From contig CP008936.1 in the NCBI GenBank assembly GCA_000743035.1, forward strand, positions 870,001-902,000: DNA of 32,000 bases, given 5' to 3'. This DNA is from Candidatus Paracaedimonas acanthamoebae (GTDB lineage: Bacteria; Pseudomonadota; Alphaproteobacteria; Caedimonadales; Caedimonadaceae). The notes below the pieces were generated by a model. The model was not told the DNA's origin and ran no database searches. It worked only from the letters and a program-made list of their open reading frames with translations. Of this stretch, positions 29,807 to 32,000 are shown piece by piece (within the stretch, counting starts at the first letter, position 1; each line of letters begins with the position of its first letter). Position numbers and translations under genes: made by a program.

Positions 29807-29830
29807 GGATCCCCGCCTGGCGGGAATGAC
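29807..29830 (-). repeat. Small GC-rich hairpin repeat, copy 3 (rc: GTCATTCCCGCCAGGCGGGGATCC)
   Basis: CCCGC-ctg-GCGGG core stem within the same GTCATYCC...GGATCC frame. A degenerate half copy (GGATCTGGGGTGAC) also lies at about 29642-29655. Confidence 0.65.
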
Positions 29831-30129
29831 ATGAGAGAATGTGGCCTGCCTTCCTGATCAAAGGTAAGATTCCACCAGCGATTAAAGATCTGTTGCCAGG
29901 GGGGTGACTTGTTTCCCTTTTGCAGGCTTTCTGCAGAAGTCGTTTCCTCTTTTGGTTCTCGCAAACAGAGACCCTAGATTCCACTACCATACGTTTCCTC
30001 AGATCTCGTAGGCGCTTGCACCACGCATATAAGTGTCTTTCAATAATTGTTCTTAGTTCATGTATCTTCATCATTTTCTATATCTCCCTGTTTATGTTTT
30101 CTTGTTTCTATTTATTGTTTGCCCCTTTC

Positions 30130-30158
30130 CCTTTCTGTGCATTAAGTGCACAGAAAGG
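30130..30158. repeat. Perfect 12-bp-stem hairpin CCTTTCTGTGCA-ttaag-TGCACAGAAAGG (related to the one at 29234-29259)
   Basis: Read directly. The arms are at 30130-30141 and 30147-30158. It shares the CCTTTC(C)TGTGC core with the first hairpin and lies about 55 bp beyond the 5' end of the transposase remnant. Confidence 0.8.
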
Positions 30159-30297
30159 AATTGAGAAGCCTTTTGCTGAAGAACGGTTGGAAGGCTAAAG
30201 AATAAAACAGTTTGTTTCTTTCCATTCACAAAATGCCTGCCTTTATCTTCCTATACCTCGCCCTCATCAAATACCCTTAGTTTGTCCCTCGTCTTCC

Positions 30298-30380
30298 CCT
30301 TGGCCTCGCGATTGCCAAGGATAAGCAGTTGATTAGGACTTTCTTTCTTTTTTTCAGAGGGATCGACCTCTAAAAAAAGA
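30298..30380. other. Two orphan palindromes in gene-less DNA (7-bp hairpin, then a terminator-like palindrome flanked by T- and A-runs)
   Basis: The first is CCTTGGC-ctcgcgatt-GCCAAGG (30298-30320). The second is CTTTTTTT(C)AGAGG-gatcga-CCTCTAAAAAAAG (30346-30380), which resembles a bidirectional intrinsic terminator with a short stem. No intact gene lies on either side. Confidence 0.3.
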
Positions 30381-30760
30381 CAAAGAGAGGATATTCGCTC
30401 AAAAAGAGCGTTAAAAAGCTTATCTTCTCTAATAATTTAGGTTTTTCAGTCCCTGCCTTATTATTATTTTTATTGAGATGGTCTAAAAGACTTTTGGAAA
30501 GAATTAAGAAGATTTATTAGCTCTTCATAAGAGAAGGAAAATCCCTCTTGACCATCTATTATCAGGCTATCACATCTTGATACAAAAATCAAGAAAATTC
30601 GGTATAAAAGTAAAGTAATTTATTGATTAAAATCAAGAAGTTATTAAATATTTTTTGAAGAAAATAACCCCTTGAATTAAAGGGAAAAGATTTTTTAAGC
30701 ATGACTTGATTCTAAAGATAAAAGCTCTGGAACAACGCCAATATTTTTAAGAACTTACTT

Positions 30761-30954
30761 TCAAAGAAGCTCTAATTCTTTTGTGAAAATAAGGTCAAGG
30801 TTGGCATCTACCATATGAGCCAGCTATTTTGCTGCAGCTCGGCTTCAAGCTGGCCTGCGCTCCCGCCTGTGTAGCCTAAAGTCAAAATTTTCTTTTGCGG
30901 GTCATGACCGCTGGCAATGTCATTTAAAATATCCACAGTTTCAGTTAAAAAAAC
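30761..30954 (-). pseudogene. C-terminal fragment of a YqgE/AlgH (UPF0301)-family gene, truncated and frameshifted
   Basis: The minus strand immediately after the lon stop reads VFLTETVDILNDIASGHDPQKKILTLGYTGGSAGQLEAELQQNSWLIW*. After a frameshift it continues VDANLDLIFTKELELL*. This matches the family C-terminal signature (LGYAGWGxGQLExELxxNxWL...A....IF). The N-terminal two-thirds or so of the gene is absent. Confidence 0.6.
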
Positions 30955-32000
30955 TTATCTTTTGCTAATTACGCCGCCTACTAATTTATCGTGTATTGGC
31001 ATGCGTTCAAGAGCAATTGAGAAAGCTTCTTCTACCTTTCTAATTGGAATAATCTCCAAAGCAGCTTTGCACGTCTCAGGAACCTTCTCCAGATCTCGAA
31101 CGTTATCTGCTGGAATTAAAACTTTCTTGATTCCTTCTCTTTGAGCAGCCAAGAGTTTTTCTTTAAGTCCTCCTATAGGTAGGACATTGCCATGCAGCGT
31201 TATTTCGCCTGTCATCGCAACATCATGGCGCACAGGAATGCCTGTAAAAACTGAAACTATAGACACAGCCGCTGCTACCCCAGCTGAAGGGCCATCTTTT
31301 GGTGAGCCAGCTTCAGGCATGTGAAGATGAATATTCTGTTGCTTAATAACTTCAGGATTAATTCCAAAAGCGTTTGCATGGGCACGAATATAGCTGGCAG
31401 CTGCATTAAAAGACTCAACTGTCATATTGCCTAAAGATCCTGTTGTAAATATTTTTCCGGAACCCGGCATAATAACAGCTTCAATAAATCCTAAGTTCCC
31501 ACCAGCACCTGAAGCTGCTAATCCTGTGGTCACTCCAACTTGATTTACTTTATGCGCGCGCGTTCTAAAAACTTTTTCTTGCCCAGCATAATTTTCGAGA
31601 TTTACTTTTGTAATAGTGATAGGTGCTTTTTCTTTTAAAATAAGCTCTTTTGCAGCTTTTCGGCAAATTTTTGCAATTTCACGCTCAAGCCCTCTAACGC
31701 CTGCTTCAAACGTATAACGTTCTATCAAGAGAGGAATAACATCACTATCAAGAGAAAATTCATTCTCTTTGAGACCATTCATTTCCATCTGACGTGGAAT
31801 AATGTGACGTTTTGCAATTTCCTGTTTTTCTTGCAAGGTATATCCTTCAATCGTCACAATTTCCATACGATCAAGGACGGCCTTCGGAAGGTTGGAGAGG
31901 TCATTAGCCGTTGCAACAAACATTACGGAGCTAAGGTCAGCACCAATTTCTAGATAATGATCAAGAAAAGCATTATTTTGTTCAGGATCGAGTAACTCTA
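30955..32000 (-). CDS. lon: ATP-dependent Lon protease, C-terminal part (gene continues beyond the right edge)
   Basis: The track ORF starts at an internal Met (31923). The frame stays open to the window end (..ELLDPEQNNAFLDHYLEIGADLSSVMFVATAN..). The proteolytic domain carries the catalytic-Ser motif PKDGPSAGVA and a later TGEITLHGNVLPIGGLKEK. Confidence 0.95.
   Translation of the reverse strand, partial: ELLDPEQNNAFLDHYLEIGADLSSVMFVATANDLSNLPKAVLDRMEIVTIEGYTLQEKQEIAKRHIIPRQMEMNGLKENEFSLDSDVIPLLIERYTFEAGVRGLEREIAKICRKAAKELILKEKAPITITKVNLENYAGQEKVFRTRAHKVNQVGVTTGLAASGAGGNLGFIEAVIMPGSGKIFTTGSLGNMTVESFNAAASYIRAHANAFGINPEVIKQQNIHLHMPEAGSPKDGPSAGVAAAVSIVSVFTGIPVRHDVAMTGEITLHGNVLPIGGLKEKLLAAQREGIKKVLIPADNVRDLEKVPETCKAALEIIPIRKVEEAFSIALERMPIHDKLVGGVISKR

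Larger units (their letters stand above)
29250..30074 (-). mobile_element. Decayed IS4/IS5-superfamily (IS427/IS1031-like) transposase remnant, multiple frameshifts
   Basis: No intact ORF. Minus-strand fragments in different frames resemble recalled IS5-group landmarks. HELRTIIERHLYAW resembles (H)DLREVLNAILYVL. SPPWQQIFNRW resembles the DUF4096 motif PPWQTVYxxFRRW. VGKGKGG resembles AAGAKKGG. TLVVLANVRG resembles LxxTGANVHD. The C-terminal KRKAKIIFGFFGRR resembles YKRRNxIERFFGRLK. Small hairpin repeats interrupt the remnant. Confidence 0.45.

Noticed and set aside
29242-30198. Five mutually overlapping 79-135-aa ORFs on both strands, a possible novel gene cluster
   Set aside because: They overlap one another in different frames. 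Their compositions are low-complexity (Arg/Ser/Pro/Gly-rich), driven by the GC-rich repeats. They are better explained as frames across a decayed IS element.
30930-30937. DnaA-box-like TATCCACA (8 of 9 matches to TTATCCACA)
   Set aside because: It is a single occurrence inside the yqgE fragment, with no cluster of boxes, no adjacent AT-rich 13-mers and no dnaA/dnaN context.
30917-31144. Track ORF 30917..31144 (+) spanning the lon 3' end
   Set aside because: It is antisense to the strongly supported lon proteolytic domain and to the yqgE fragment, and has no protein-like features.
1-32000. CRISPR arrays, tRNA/rRNA genes, integrases, toxin-antitoxin pairs, restriction-modification or other defence genes
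   Set aside because: Every spacer over 60 bp was scanned by eye on both strands. No regularly spaced direct repeats, cloverleaf-capable sequences or candidate defence ORFs were found. Short ORFs under 60 aa could not be assessed rigorously.

Overview
AT-rich bacterial chromosome segment, densely packed with housekeeping genes. I found no CRISPR array, tRNA or rRNA gene, intact mobile element or recognisable defence or toxin locus.

Gene content and order: pyrH<tsf<rpsB; an RNase E with an insertion in its S1 domain; an M48/TPR protease; a DsbA-like protein; amn; a COG2984-type ABC importer with two binding proteins; rnd; aspS; prmC<prfA<hisS; a rodZ-like gene; mlaEF-radA-cvpA; lon. This looks alphaproteobacterial, possibly a reduced or intracellular lineage, but that is inference only. 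Most ORF-track entries nested in or antisense to these genes are spurious. Two real genes run off the window edges and are missing or truncated in the track: pyrH at the left and lon at the right.

Non-routine observations, all from reading the sequence and needing database or experimental checks:
1. A 1.84-kb gene-less stretch between cvpA and lon (29116-30954), part of it visibly richer in G+C. It holds a decayed IS5-like transposase remnant bracketed by two related perfect hairpins, at least three copies of a small GC-rich hairpin repeat (GTCATYCC...GGATC), orphan palindromes, and a frameshifted C-terminal fragment of a yqgE/algH-family gene directly abutting the lon stop codon.
2. A two-gene operon encoding a periplasmic solute-binding domain fused to a TRIC/UPF0126 channel-like membrane domain, followed by a HAD phosphatase domain fused to a truncated UbiA-like membrane domain whose Asp-rich catalytic motif appears lost.
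3. A 102-bp convergent coding overlap between amn and a lysophospholipase-like hydrolase.

I do not see a clear multi-gene novel system. The SBP-TRIC / HAD-UbiA pair and the repeat-laden decay zone are the best candidates.
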